From assembly GCF_006345805.1 (NCBI RefSeq), contig NC_043017.1, forward strand, positions 26,536,001 to 26,600,000: a DNA stretch of 64,000 bases, in the 5' to 3' direction. Within the stretch, counting starts at the first letter, position 1. Each line of letters starts with the position of its first letter. The notes under the pieces are model-generated. The model was not told where the DNA came from and did no database searches. It saw only the letters and a program-made list of their open reading frames with translations. Both the position numbers and the translations under genes were made by a program. Shown here piece by piece: positions 29,460 to 42,030 of this stretch. Origin of the DNA: Octopus sinensis (Eukaryota).

Positions 29460-30294
29460 TACAGGTGCGTAAATGAACTTCATGAAGCAGTGTGACGTGT
29501 GGTATCACTGTGTAGATTTAAAAAGTTGTGAAATTTGATTTTTCTTTTCAGGAAACCGCGTGTGACGTAGTCAGAGATTTTGGACAGGAACAAAGAGCTA
29601 TCGTGAAATTTTTCGTTAAACTTGTTAAGTCTACCAAAAGAGGCATAGAGCATGCTTCGGCAAGCTTAGGACGACGTGGAAATGGGTCGTACTCAATGTT
29701 TCGAGTGGCACGAGTGCTTTAAAAGCGGAAGAACATCCTTGCAAGACGACGAATGATGTGGAAAACTTGCCACGAACGTAACAGCTGGAAATATTGTATA
29801 GCGCATCGGCAATTAATCTCCGGGGTCATTGAAAGTTCTACTGAAAAGTTTTAAAGCGTTTCAAGGAGGACATACTGCGAAAGCGACCCAAGTTGTAGGG
29901 TGCGAGTAATTGGATTCTTGACGACGACAATGCACCTGTAAATAAACTATCCTCGCTCGTTCGTTTCTTGGCCAAAAAAACATGGTATTATTGATGCACG
30001 CGTCCCATTCATCAGATTTAGCACCAGCGAACGTCCTCTATCACAAGATAAAAATGTAGATCAAAGTGTGCCGTCTTAACATAATAGTCGAGATCGCTAG
30101 CGTATAACAGAAAATTCTAGACTCAATTACGGAAACCGATTTCCAGGTTCGATTCCAAAAGAGGCAGAAAAACTGGGAATGGTATCCTGCTGCGCAAGGT
30201 TACTATTTCGAAAGAGATGATAATAAAACATAGGTAAACAATTTATTTTTTATTATACATATCTTTTCCGGGAAGCTTTTGAAACCAACTCGTA
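29460..30294 (+). mobile_element. mariner element, internally deleted
   Basis: EQRAIVKFFVKL and FEWHECFKSGRTSLQDDE (N-terminal HTH) joined to WILDDDNAP...SDLAP (catalytic region); right end ...gaaaccaactcgTA is TIR-like. Confidence 0.8.
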
Positions 30295-30712
30295 AATATA
30301 TACACAGAAATATATATAGACACACATAGACACATACACTCACACACATACATATATGTAAAATCCAAATTGTAGTAATGGAGCAGGCCTCATCTATCTA
30401 TGTGTTTTACAGTAAAAGTGTGGAAGCCTTGGGAAAGGGTAAAACGATACCTGTTCCGTTCTCTCAATTCACATTTATATTTGTAAACATCGTAACTGTA
30501 ATTGATAAACGTGAACTATAAAATATCTCTATTCAGCTGATCGAAATTTGATACGGAAAAAATTACCACCGTGTCTACACCAATAAATTACTATGGGTTC
30601 CTGAAACTTATTTTTTATATCTTCTATGGTCTGCCCGATGCTTACCAGCTCTCTATACAAGGTCCGTTGGATCTTATAATTTACATAAAATTTTATACAT
30701 ACATACATATAA

Positions 30713-30794
<82 letters not shown>

Positions 30795-32569
30795 GTGTGT
30801 GTGTGTGTGTGTGTACATATACCCACACGTTAATTCAACGGCACAACATTTCACCTGATATTACTGTAACGTTAAACTGGGTATAGAATTCCAGTCTGTC
30901 CTTTGCTATGTTTTATCTGAGCCAAAACAACGTCGCATTGGAATGATAGCTGTTGCAACTAGTGTAAGGTTCGTGTTCGCTCTTATTTTTCCCTCCACAG
31001 ATCTATTGTATATAATACAAGCGTCTCTATATATTTGTCACCAAGAAACTTTTTAAAATGTGAACTTAATCCCACTTTGCATTTAAGCATTAACACAAAG
31101 CTCTACTAATGGAAAAGTAATTCATTAATAAAATTAGCTGTACAGAATTCATTATTCCTCTGAAACTAGTTATTGAAACTGGCTGTAGTACTAATCAACA
31201 TTTGTTTTACAAGCAGTAATACCCCTGAGCTATTCACGTCTGTAGTCGGCCGTAAAATGGGTTTTCTATGTAAAGACAAAAACCTTTATTTCTGATCTCT
31301 CTATTTGTCTTCACAATTCTACTCCAAACAAGAGATTCTGCTTCACATGATCCATTGAATATCTTTCGTAAAAAGTTCCTATTTAACGATAATTTAGGAT
31401 ATTTTCATTTACTGTATTCAGCACGTGCTATATCATTGTTTTGGCTAAAGTTGGTTGTTCGCTTTTGGACTTTTCATTAAATTATACATTACGATATTTC
31501 GGTGTGTAAAAGTATTTTGATTCGGCATTTGACTTTAGATTTGAATAGTAAATTGTTGATGGGGTCAACTAGGCTCGATGGAATGGCCATTGCTATCAAA
31601 GACTATGTGATTCTTGTCTCTACAAGCATGTAAATTACCGTGATATGTGTTTTCTCGATTCATTTATTTCAATATATCTCCCCGACTTCTCTAAATCGCT
31701 ACTAAACGCGGCAAGGTTTTGTTCGCCGTCTCTCATGCCGCGAGAAATTTCAACATAGGAAAACTACTGCTTATATCATCAAGACATTATTTAATTTAAT
31801 TTAATTACATTATAATTTTCTGTTCCCATTGTTTCCCGTTGTCTCTAACTTGTGCTGGCGAGTAGAACGTATTATAATTTGCAATGCTTTTGCGTAACCT
31901 ATATACAGTTTTTCAAATGCATGATTACAGATCGCTAAACCAAAACATCGTGTGGTCCAGAGCTCATTAACCTACCTGCAGTTTTGACTCTAATCACATT
32001 AGTGAATTAATTTAAATCATTTAATATGCAGCATTGTTGCAACACCAAATATTTTTAATGGGCGTTAAAATATTCATTTAAACATTGGAGTTACTAAACA
32101 TTGTAGGATGTTTGATCTCTGAATGCATTGACAGTGGTTCAATGGAATGGTTTTAGATAATAATCATTTATAACATTGACGCAAAGGCAATAACAGTTTG
32201 GAAACATTATCGAAAATAAAACTTTTTAAATGCCTATGTTTGTGGACACACTGAAACAGGAGGTGAAAAATTGGTATTCGATATGAATGGTGGACGATAA
32301 ATTTTCATGCGATATTTTTTTTTCTACTACCGTATCAGCCCATCTATCTATCTTCCATTGGCGATGAACATAGATTTCCAATCCATGAGAAAAGAATTGT
32401 GCATGAGAGTAATAGAAATTTCAATCAACCTTTGTACATCATTTCATTGTTTCACGGCGTACGTATTGCATATTAACAAATTACTTTGAACAAGGAAAGT
32501 AAGTTTGATTAGACGCTTAATATAAGGCAACATTCTAACACTTCCTGCTTAACACTGAGCAGGTAAATA

Positions 32570-32668
32570 ATAATAATAATAATAATAATAATAGTAGTGA
32601 TGATAATAATAATAATGATAATAATAATAATAATAATAATAATAGTAATAATGATAATAATAGTAGTA

Positions 32669-32714
<46 letters not shown>

Positions 32715-32911
32715 TCATAATAATAATAATAATGATAATGGTAATAATAACAATAATAATAATAGTAGTAATAATAATAATAATAATGATAATAATAATA
32801 ATAATAATAATAGTAATAATAATAATAATAATAATAATAGTAATAATAATGATAATAATAATAATAATAATAATAATAATAGTAATAATAATAATAGTAG
32901 TAATAATAATG

Positions 32912-32945
<34 letters not shown>
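32570..32945. repeat. (AAT)n interrupted array
   Basis: Direct inspection. Confidence 0.97.
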
Positions 32946-32999
32946 TAAAGGAGGTGCAGGAGGATGACGTGGTGAAAATATATTTAATAACAACTGTTC

Positions 33000-33345
33000 C
33001 AAATTTTGGCACCAGATGAATGTTGTGGAGAAGACGTGGTTAGCCGATGCCATTGACCCAGGATACACTTCGATGCTAACTTTGCAAGACAGGTCAAGTC
33101 GGTTACATCGACCCGAGAATTACCACTGGTACTTAATTTATCGTCACTGAGAGGTCGAATCGCCAAAAGTCGACCTCGGCGGTTTAGCAGCATTTAGACC
33201 GTCTTTACGTTCTTAGTTCAACTATCACCGAGGTCAACATTCCCTTCACCATGTTGGGGGTCGATAAAATAGGTACTAGTCGAAGAAATCGAATTACCAA
33301 CCGGCTGTTATTGCTGGCCTTGTGTCAAAATATCTGAAACCATTA
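33000..33345. mobile_element. Two headless SINE family D fragments in divergent orientation (33000-33185 minus, 33195-33345 plus)
   Basis: Both carry the gtcgac...ttcatcc..ggggtcgataaa.taagtac central block. Confidence 0.65.
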
Positions 33346-33346
33346 C

Positions 33347-33385
<39 letters not shown>

Positions 33386-33507
33386 CATCATTAATATTAT
33401 TATTATTATTAATATTATTATTATTATTATTATCATCATTATTATTATCATCATTATTATTATTATCATCATTATTATTATTATTATCATCATTATTATT
33501 ATTATCA

Positions 33508-33538
<31 letters not shown>

Positions 33539-33707
33539 CATTATTATTATTATTATCATCATAATTATTATTATTATCATCATAATTATTATTATTATCA
33601 TTATTATTATTATTATTATTATTATCATCATTATTATTATTATCACTATTATTATTATTATCATCATTATTATCATCATCATTATTATTATTATCCTCAT
33701 TATTATT

Positions 33708-33798
<91 letters not shown>

Positions 33799-33800
33799 TA
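33345..33800. repeat. (ATT/ATC)n array
   Basis: Direct inspection. Confidence 0.97.
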
Positions 33801-34019
33801 TAAGGCAGCAAGCTGGCAGAATCTTTTACACGCCGGACAAAATGCTTAGCAGTATCTCGCCCTTCACTGTGTTCTAAATTCAAATTCCACCGAGGTTGAC
33901 TTTGCGTTTCATCCTTTTAAAATCGATAAATTACGTACCACTGAAATACATGGTTCGATGTAATCGACAATTCCCCTCCCACCAGACTTCAGGCCTGGTG
34001 CTTAGTTGTAATATTATTA

Positions 34020-34059
<40 letters not shown>

Positions 34060-34235
34060 CATTATTATTAATATTATTAGTATTATTAATATTATTATTA
34101 TTATTATTATTATTATTAGCATTATTATATTTATTATTATTAATATTATTATTATATTATTATTATTATTATTATTATTAGCATTATTATATTATTATTA
34201 TTATATTATTATTATTATTATTATTATTACATTTG
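33800..34235 (+). mobile_element. SINE family D with expanded (ATT)n tail
   Basis: aaggcagcaagctggcagaa head, ttcaaattcc B-box-like site, central block, tail expansion 34010-34235. Confidence 0.8.
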
Positions 34236-34567
34236 CTATCGGTATGATCGTCGCCGCAGTTACAGTGTAGTAAAATGCTAAGCATTAAGAATAAAAATAA
34301 AGATGGCGTAGGTGTTATTTTCAAGAGCATGCAGATGATGGCGGAGAAGAAGGAGATTGCGAATGTTTCGAAGAAAATAAATACACACAGTGAAGAATAG
34401 ACGAAAATATTTGTAATGTCCATTGTAGTTTGATGACATAGGATACTTCACTTACAAAGGTCAGTAACAGAGGCAACCTCCAGGGTGACGTTTAGCCATT
34501 AATCATCATGGCATCGGTAGATATTGTTATTATTCCCCCGATGCATGATTTAAGTAAATATATATAT

Positions 34568-34654
<87 letters not shown>

Positions 34655-35249
34655 TCACTTCTGGTTTAGCTGTTAGCCGCTATTTTTCTTTCTAAATATA
34701 TTTGCTATTCTTCATTTTCCCTCTGATGTCCTGGTCAAAGAATAATCTATATAAATGTTCGATATCTGCGTTCGTTAGAAAGCTCCAGTTATGCTATATT
34801 TTGGCAGACCCATAATGCATGGAAGTAATCCAATCAAAAACATGATAGCTATCACTTGTATTTCGACGTACAATATGCCATATACACGCCAAAATAACTA
34901 AAATATCAATGGCCTATCTATATTAATTCTCTGTTCTACTTTGCCAACTTCCTAATACCATATATATTAAAGATCATTGCTTTCTGTCAATATGTGAGAC
35001 TGCATTCTACATCAATAACTCCGCTTGTAAAACCTGCGAATGTGTTGCTTCCGTAGTCCTGAAGGAATTACGTTTGTGTGGCAAACGTTTTACATTACTT
35101 TATTGAGAACTATGGTTACTATTGTTTTAGTGGAGAGGGCCTACCCTTTACATGTATTTTGGACCAGTACTAACGATTTAAGGACGTTTTGATGTATTGC
35201 TGTACCCTTTAGTACCGTTCCAAAGCAACACATGTTCTACAAAAAGGTC

Positions 35250-35544
35250 TCTCTTTTCAAGCCTAGCCTGGCTCATAGACCCGGTTTCCTAGTTTCTGTG
35301 GCATATGTGTTCCCCCCAGCTGGACGGGAAGCCAGTCCATCGCAGCGTTACTCAAGAAACAGGAAGAGAGAGAGAAAGTTGTGGCGAAAGAGCACAACAG
35401 GAATTTAACCACCGCTACCGGAGCCTCGTATACATTTTAGGTGTTTTTGCTCAATAAATACACATAACGCCTGGTCTGGGAATCGAAACCGCGAACCTCC
35501 GACCGCGAGTCCACTGCCCTAACCCCTAGGTCATTGCGCCTCCA
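35250..35544 (-). mobile_element. tRNA-derived SINE, family C
   Basis: Reverse complement aligns with 2752-3056 and, in its 5' half, with 21902-22090. Confidence 0.85.
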
Positions 35545-36068
35545 TATTGTAATATATACTGCATGACTAATTTGAGGCGGGTGGGTTAGTATTTTCGGTG
35601 TTGTAATTATAGTCGTAAGTTTGTCGTTTCAAATCTCGGACAGCGCAATACGTTGTGTTCTTGAGCAAATCACTTCATTACAATCTGCTGAAATCCATTT
35701 AGCTGGTTAAAAGGTGTTACCTGTTGCAGACTGTCGACCCGTTCAGGGGTAATTACGTCACAGAATCCAAACAGCCGAAATTGTGAACCTGTGGCTCGGA
35801 AGAGACATTTGATACCTATTTCTATTTTTGATATCGCATATATATATATATAAATATACTTGTATAATGTTCGCTTCATATGTGCTCTATAGATTAGGTC
35901 ACCTTCTCTGTGATGCTATTAGAACTTTTTTTAAATTCTGTGATAAGACTGTACATCATCTTTAAAGAACTTTAATGAACTTTGGAAATCTGTTTATGTT
36001 ACTTAATTATCTACATTACTTCATGAGTATAGCCTCAACCATTAGGATGTCTAGAGAACTCACATGTA

Positions 36069-36159
36069 TTTTAGCTGATGAGTACGGGACACGTTTATAT
36101 GCTGTAATTTTTACAACTTTTAATAAAGCCTGTCCTTGTATGAAACGATTGTACTAAAA
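36069..36159 (+). ncRNA. Type-I hammerhead ribozyme (family 2), complete core
   Basis: UUUUAG-CUGAUGA-[GUAC.GGGACA...UGUCCU.GUAU]-GAAA-CGAUU-GUA-CUAAAA: 6-bp helix I, long helix II, self-complementary helix III ACGAUUGU; predicted cut 36153/36154. Confidence 0.75.
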
Positions 36160-36239
36160 ACCTATCCATTCTTGTTGCTTCTTTCTCGCGTATATATAAA
36201 TATATATATACTGTATATTTTATCGATTATGAAAAGATG

Positions 36240-36400
36240 AATATTATTTACATTATTTACCTTCGACGGATATTTTTCCTCGTCTTGTTTGTTGTTAACA
36301 CAATGTTTCGGCTGATATACACTCCAGCCTTCGTCACGTTTCTTGGGGAAATTTCGAACCTGGTTTCTCATTCCTAAAATATTTGTCGATGCTATTACTA
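36240..36400 (-). repeat. HHR cassette family 1, degenerate copy (core GUGACGA, ACGU>ACAU)
   Basis: Fold at 36297-36342; inverted relative to 36510-36680. Confidence 0.8.
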
Positions 36401-36413
36401 TAATATTACCCAC

Positions 36414-36680
36414 GGGCATATGGCGTAGTGGTTAAGAGCGCGGGCTGTTAACCCCGAGATTCCGAGTTCGATTCCAGGAAGTGACTTGAACAACAACAAC
36501 AAAAACAAGATCGAAAATTACCTTAGGAATGAAAAGCCAGGTGCGTACCTTCACCAATATACCTGATTAAGGCTGGACTGTATATCAGTCGAAACATTGT
36601 GTTAACAACAAACAAGATGAGGACAATTATCCATCAAACGTAAATCATGTAAATAATGTAAATAATTCCTCATCTCTTTT
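36414..36680 (+). mobile_element. tRNA-like Pol III head + (AAC)n + HHR cassette family 1 (core CUGAUUA, degenerate)
   Basis: A-box tggcgtagtgg 36421-36431, B-box gttcgattcc 36466-36475, hammerhead fold 36558-36603, first T4 run at 36677-36680. Confidence 0.7.
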
Positions 36681-37699
36681 ATATAAAACAGACTTACATT
36701 TCTTGACAAATTAGCAGGGCTAGCAAAATAGCCTGATATAGTAGTTGATATTTTAATTCTTACGGATTATACACAAAATATTAATTCCGACAAACTAGGA
36801 ACAGAATTCATAAGAACGAAATGCAATTACAACAATATATTCTTTTATAGAAGGTAAAGCCTGTACTCAATACACGTTAGTGTTTTATGTTCAGATGTAA
36901 GCTTTTGTCTGTAGCTTCTCTGTCGTTACTTCATAATTCATAACATTATCGTTCTATATTGTGAAAATACTGTAACAGACAGAAATGTGAATTAAAAAAA
37001 GCAAAAATGAACCTATTTGTTTCCAGCATTAATTTGAATTATCCAGTAATATAATTAGAATGAATATAATCAAATAACATTAATTTCCATTTCGAAAAAA
37101 CAAAATACGATGAAATTAATTCTGAACAAACAATAATATTCCTGCACAATTTTGTTTTTATTTAGCAAATTTTTGCTTCATATTTTTTTAAAAATTATAT
37201 TTATGTATATATTGATTAATTAGTTTCAGAATCTCTTTTATCATTAGCTGTAAATAATTTCACTAATTTGTCATTACTTTTTGTGCAACGGATGCAATTT
37301 TATGAAACAATAAAGTCATGTACGCAAATACATCAATACACACATACATACGTACCTTGTGCTTACAATCATGCGTACACACGCACACAAGGACATATAT
37401 AGATGTGTATACTTCATGTAGATATTTCAATATCTTTTTTGAAGAAAGAACTCGGCAGACATTTTTTTTTCATGCGTATGCACAGAAATATTGTTATAAT
37501 TATAGTTGCTCTTAACGTTGTTCCATATATTGCATCCATCATATATTACAACCTGACCGCCGTATGTTGCACCACTTCGCGTCTGAGCAGACTGGGGCAC
37601 ATACACTTCTGTTTCCTGTGGTAACGAAGCGCTCACATACTTTGGCCATATTTTTATTTTTCTATAACCATTCTGAGAAGAATCATGCCTGATGTGATT

Positions 37700-38560
37700 G
37701 ATGATTCACAGACATTTTCAGAGACTGCGACATCTCAGGTGTTTCCTTGTCATTGAACAGCGGAGGTCATCTGTGAACAGGTGTCATCGACCTTCTCTGC
37801 AGGTCGTCACCTTCACTGAACTGCAGACCTGTGTCAAGCGTAGAATGACGCAGGGTGCTTAGAACCAAGAGTGCCCTCAGCTGGGTTTGCTGACGATGCA
37901 CGCACACCGACGAAACTATCTACATGAACTTATAGCATTGTTGACCCGTGAACTCGGCTCCAATAACTGCTGTCGCTTGAATGACAGATCCAGCTATCTA
38001 CTGAATCCATAAAGAAAAAATCCCCTAACGCTTTCTTTGGCTGAGGAAGACAGACAGTGTTTGTCTCTCTTCTGGCCTTAGTAAATACTCATTCATGCCG
38101 GAACAGATTGAAAGGAATAAAGTCAGACACGTTTCGCTTGGTCCAAGAGGTCATCAACTTTTTTTTTCCACTTCACAAAATAATTATAATTCAGATATAA
38201 TTGATGCTTTCCAGGAAATTTGTGGAAATGTGGCTGAATGGAGCAACAATTGTCCTGGTGTACAGGCCTTCTCTTACTATGAGACTTTAGACTGAAAGGG
38301 GAAGATTAGGAAAGGCCACTTGCTTCACTGAATAGGGCGATGGGATTTTAGTTGGGTATCCATGAACAACTATCGGAATTGTTCCTTCCTTTGGGAATGT
38401 CTTTCTTGTGTGAGTTTTTGCTGCATTTTTTTTTTTTTGTTAGTTTACTCTTTGTATGCATTCTTGAAAGGTTTCATCACATCACATCCCATGGTATTGT
38501 CCTATACCGTCTTATGTCTTTGTGTATAACCTTAGCTATCAATAAAGCAATTATTATAAG
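37700..38560 (+). pseudogene. Probable L1/Tx1-like LINE ORF2 C-terminal remnant plus 3' UTR
   Basis: GC-richer island; frameshifted ECP...TDETI (zinc-knuckle-like), QLSTESI, VFVSLLALV..RLKG..VINFF; AATAAA near 38540. Confidence 0.45.
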
Positions 38561-39959
38561 AGGTGGTGAGGGGGCCAATTACCAGAGCCATTGAGAGTTT
38601 CAAAAAATGTTTCGTTGTTATAGTTCGGTAATAAAACATTGGAATAAGTGCGAATGTTTCCCTATGCAATGAAATTGATTGTACTATTGGATTTTTTAAC
38701 ATAAAAATGGAATGTTGTGAAGACAAATATATTGATGATTAGAAAACATAAATAAAAGTAAGTGTAATACAGATAATTCCTACGGGTATTTCTAACCCGT
38801 ATAGACCGCTCTACAAGTCTATTGAATTTTAAAATGTTTACTCGCTTGAGACAAGATGTCAAAATTCCGCCGAGGTCACCTTCATATTTTCAATGGTTCT
38901 ACAAAATCAAATGAGCGGTGGGAATAATGAAAAAAAAACAACAACTTTCAAATATTTAATGAAGTCCCAGCATCGATGATATCGAACTGTACCAACGGTT
39001 GAACTTATTGGAAATATGCCTAAATCAGAATCCATTTTTCAGTTGCATAACGGCCACAATCTTGCAAACGAGTTAGATCATTAAAACGATAAATTTAGAT
39101 AGATGTTACAGCCCGAAGTTTCTTAGTTCAAGTCTCGCTGTGGTCAAATTTATGATTCAACATTTAGAACTGAACAACAGAGCTTTCAGTGAAGAGTTGC
39201 GGTGGATAATTTTAAGAAGAAAATCTTGAAAATGTTGACGGTGTGCCTAAATCAGAAACCCTTATCGCTGTTATCTAAGGCTATAAGGTGGGAGAATTCC
39301 TTTGCACGCCAGAGAAATGTGTTTAGCGGAGTTTCTTAAACAATAGAATAAGAGAAAAACCAGCAACATGTTATTATTAATAAGTGTTTCACTTGTATAA
39401 TGTTCGCTTCTCTGACTCAATTGAGCAATATTTGAGTAAAGCATTAAGCTATGCCATGTATACAAGCCTCATGTTATGAATTCCATTCGATATCAGTAGT
39501 TAATCAATGAATGAGGCACTACGTGGCCATTCTATCTGTCAGAAATAGCAGCGAAATTTCATAGAAAACCCACCTTTCTTTTTCTTCAACGTAGAAGGGC
39601 ACAGTAGACAATGTTTTCTTCGATAAAATGTTTGGCAGGAATGGTTATGCCTGGAACAGAGATATTTGTCTTCTTCATTAAAATAAAACTAGAATTAAAC
39701 AACAGAAGACAACGTGGGAAACCTGAGCTCCTAGTAAATTACGAAATATGTTTTAATCAAAATATTGGTGTGTTCCTAATTTGATTTAGCTATGTTTAAA
39801 GTTAGTATTCATTAACTATTGGTGCGAATTAAATATACGTATTAATTAAAAAGAAAATATTAACGATGATTTGCATATAAAATAAATACAAACTACCTCC
39901 TGAATAACAGTTTCTACAAAAATACATAAAAAGAAATGTTCTTTTATGTAAAAAGTTAT

Positions 39960-40420
39960 TTTCTTCTCTAGGTACGAGCTTCGAAATTTTGGAAGAGGTA
40001 CCCAGTCGATTAGATCGACCCCGGTACGCAGCTGCTACTTAATTTCTCAACACCGGAAGGATAGAAGGCTAAGTCGACCGCGGCGGAAAAAAATATTCTT
40101 TTCTGTTCTACGCACAAGTCCCAAAATTTTAGAGGAGGGGGCCAGTCGATTAGATCGAATCCAGTACGCAACTGGTACTTAATTTATTGACCCCTGACAG
40201 GATGAAGTTAAAGTTGGCAGAATGTGAACTCAGAACGGAAATACAGTCGAAATAGCACTAAACATTTTGTGATGCGTGTTAACATTTCTGGCAGCTCGCC
40301 GCCTTATGCAACTTATATATTCTTTTCTACTCTAGGCACAAGGGCCGAAATTTTTTTTTGGGGGGGGAGGTGGTTAGTCGATTAGGTTGATCCCAGGAAA
40401 GGCAAAGTTGACCTTGGTGG
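39960..40420 (-). mobile_element. Tandem cluster of three SINE family D units (one full, two partial)
   Basis: Repeated ccagtcgattagatcga..ccagtacgcaactggtacttaattt blocks; head at 40285-40306. Confidence 0.8.
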
Positions 40421-40749
40421 ATGCAACATATATATTACTTAAGGACTACTTCAGTGGAAGAATATAAATTTGAATGACAGTCGTGTTTAAGTATCATATA
40501 CAGAGTAATTTCATCTGTTTTACAAATATTTTAACCCTTATTTTGCAAGTATACAACTTGGAAAAATATCTCTCCGTGAATTTCGTTTCAAAACAAAACA
40601 ATTAGCCGGATACTGTCGGGTTAACTGTAACCCTCAATATGTTTATAAGAGTATAGCTAATAATATATAAGCCAACATATCAGAAGTTCGTTTATAGATA
40701 TTATGCCAAAGAAAGAGAAATATAACGTATCTGCTGTTTTACGGTGTCG

Positions 40750-41135
40750 TTTATCTTTTTCATGTTTTAGCAACTTGACTACGGTCATGATGGTCACCAC
40801 CCTAAATAATTTATAACCGAATGAATAGATCTAAGTACTTCTCAGTTTTCAAGCTTGGTACTGAGTCTATTGTTTTCTGACGCCGCGATGCTAATTCATA
40901 AAGGCGTAAACACCCCGGCATCTGTCGGTAGAGAGAAAGACACATACACTAAGATACATACACTCACACAGATATACATCTATATGCGACGGACTTTTTT
41001 CAGTTTCCGCCCATCAAATCTCCATACAAGGCTTTCGTCAACCTGAGGCTTAAGTAGAAGGCACTCGCACCAAGTCGACGGTTGGACTGAATCACAGGTT
41101 TCAAAATATACGTCTTACCATACAGCCACAGTTAC
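40750..41135 (-). mobile_element. SINE family A, old diverged copy
   Basis: Colinear with 2286-2685 with many substitutions. Confidence 0.7.
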
Positions 41136-41589
41136 GCATTGTTATATGTTTATATATGATACATTATAGATGGCTTTCTGCCAAGATTTGAAATCAATAC
41201 GTAATATTTTGTCTTTCATGAGTTAAATTCGAGAGCTATACTTTCCATAAACATGAATATAAAATCATACCCAGGATAAACAAAGTTATGAAACATTGGA
41301 ATAAGATCGAATGCTTCTCTGGGCAATGAAATCGATTATACAATTGAATTTTTTTCAACATAATGATAGAATGAATGTGAAGACAACTATATTGATGATT
41401 AGAATACATAAATAAGAGTTAGTGTAAAACAGATAATGATTTTGGGTATCTTAAACTCTTATAGACCGTTGTAGAAGTCTATCGAAATTTAAAAGGTTTA
41501 TTCGCTTCGGATGAGATGACAGGGTGTAAAACATAACATCCGTTCATGTTTAATAAGGTATTATCATTAATTGATTTGATTTATATATA

Positions 41590-41958
41590 TCTCTCTATAT
41601 ATAAACGGCAGTTTGTCTGTGTGTGTTTCTGTGTGTCTGTTAGGTTGTACCCTCACCCTGACCACGGCTTTCAACCGATTCTGATGAAACCTGACACACA
41701 CATAGCCCAATGACATAATTCAAAACTAACGCAGCGAAAATTTTGAAAAGTTCCCCCAGTTCTGAAAAAAATCGATAAATTCAACATGGGGTCGAGAATC
41801 AGAAACACAAACCACAGACTGTCTAGGGGACGCAACTCGACCTTTTTAACTAAAAAAATTTACCATATTTTTTTTTCCATTTTTTGGCTATAACTCTCTA
41901 AAAATGCTTTATAGTTATTTCCCTTACAAACCCGAGCAACGCCGGGCGATACTGCTAG
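41590..41958 (+). mobile_element. Non-autonomous Helitron
   Basis: A|TC start, subterminal hairpin cccgagcaacgccggg, CTAG|T end. Confidence 0.85.
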
Positions 41959-42030
41959 TTTATACATATGTGTGTATGTGTTAGAGCGTTGAATGTGTAT
42001 CGTATCATACGGACAAGAAAATAATATTTC

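Noticed and set aside
36414-36490. Genuine tRNA gene
   Set aside because: A and B boxes are present but no acceptor stem closes; treated as a SINE-type head. The same applies to the other tRNA-like heads.
37868-37950. CUGACGA...GAAAC motif
   Set aside because: Helix II does not pair and there is no properly placed NUH; it lies within a probable LINE ORF remnant.
40531-40624. ttaaccc...gggttaa mini-MITE
   Set aside because: Only 7 bp of terminal complementarity and a single copy; not distinguishable from chance.
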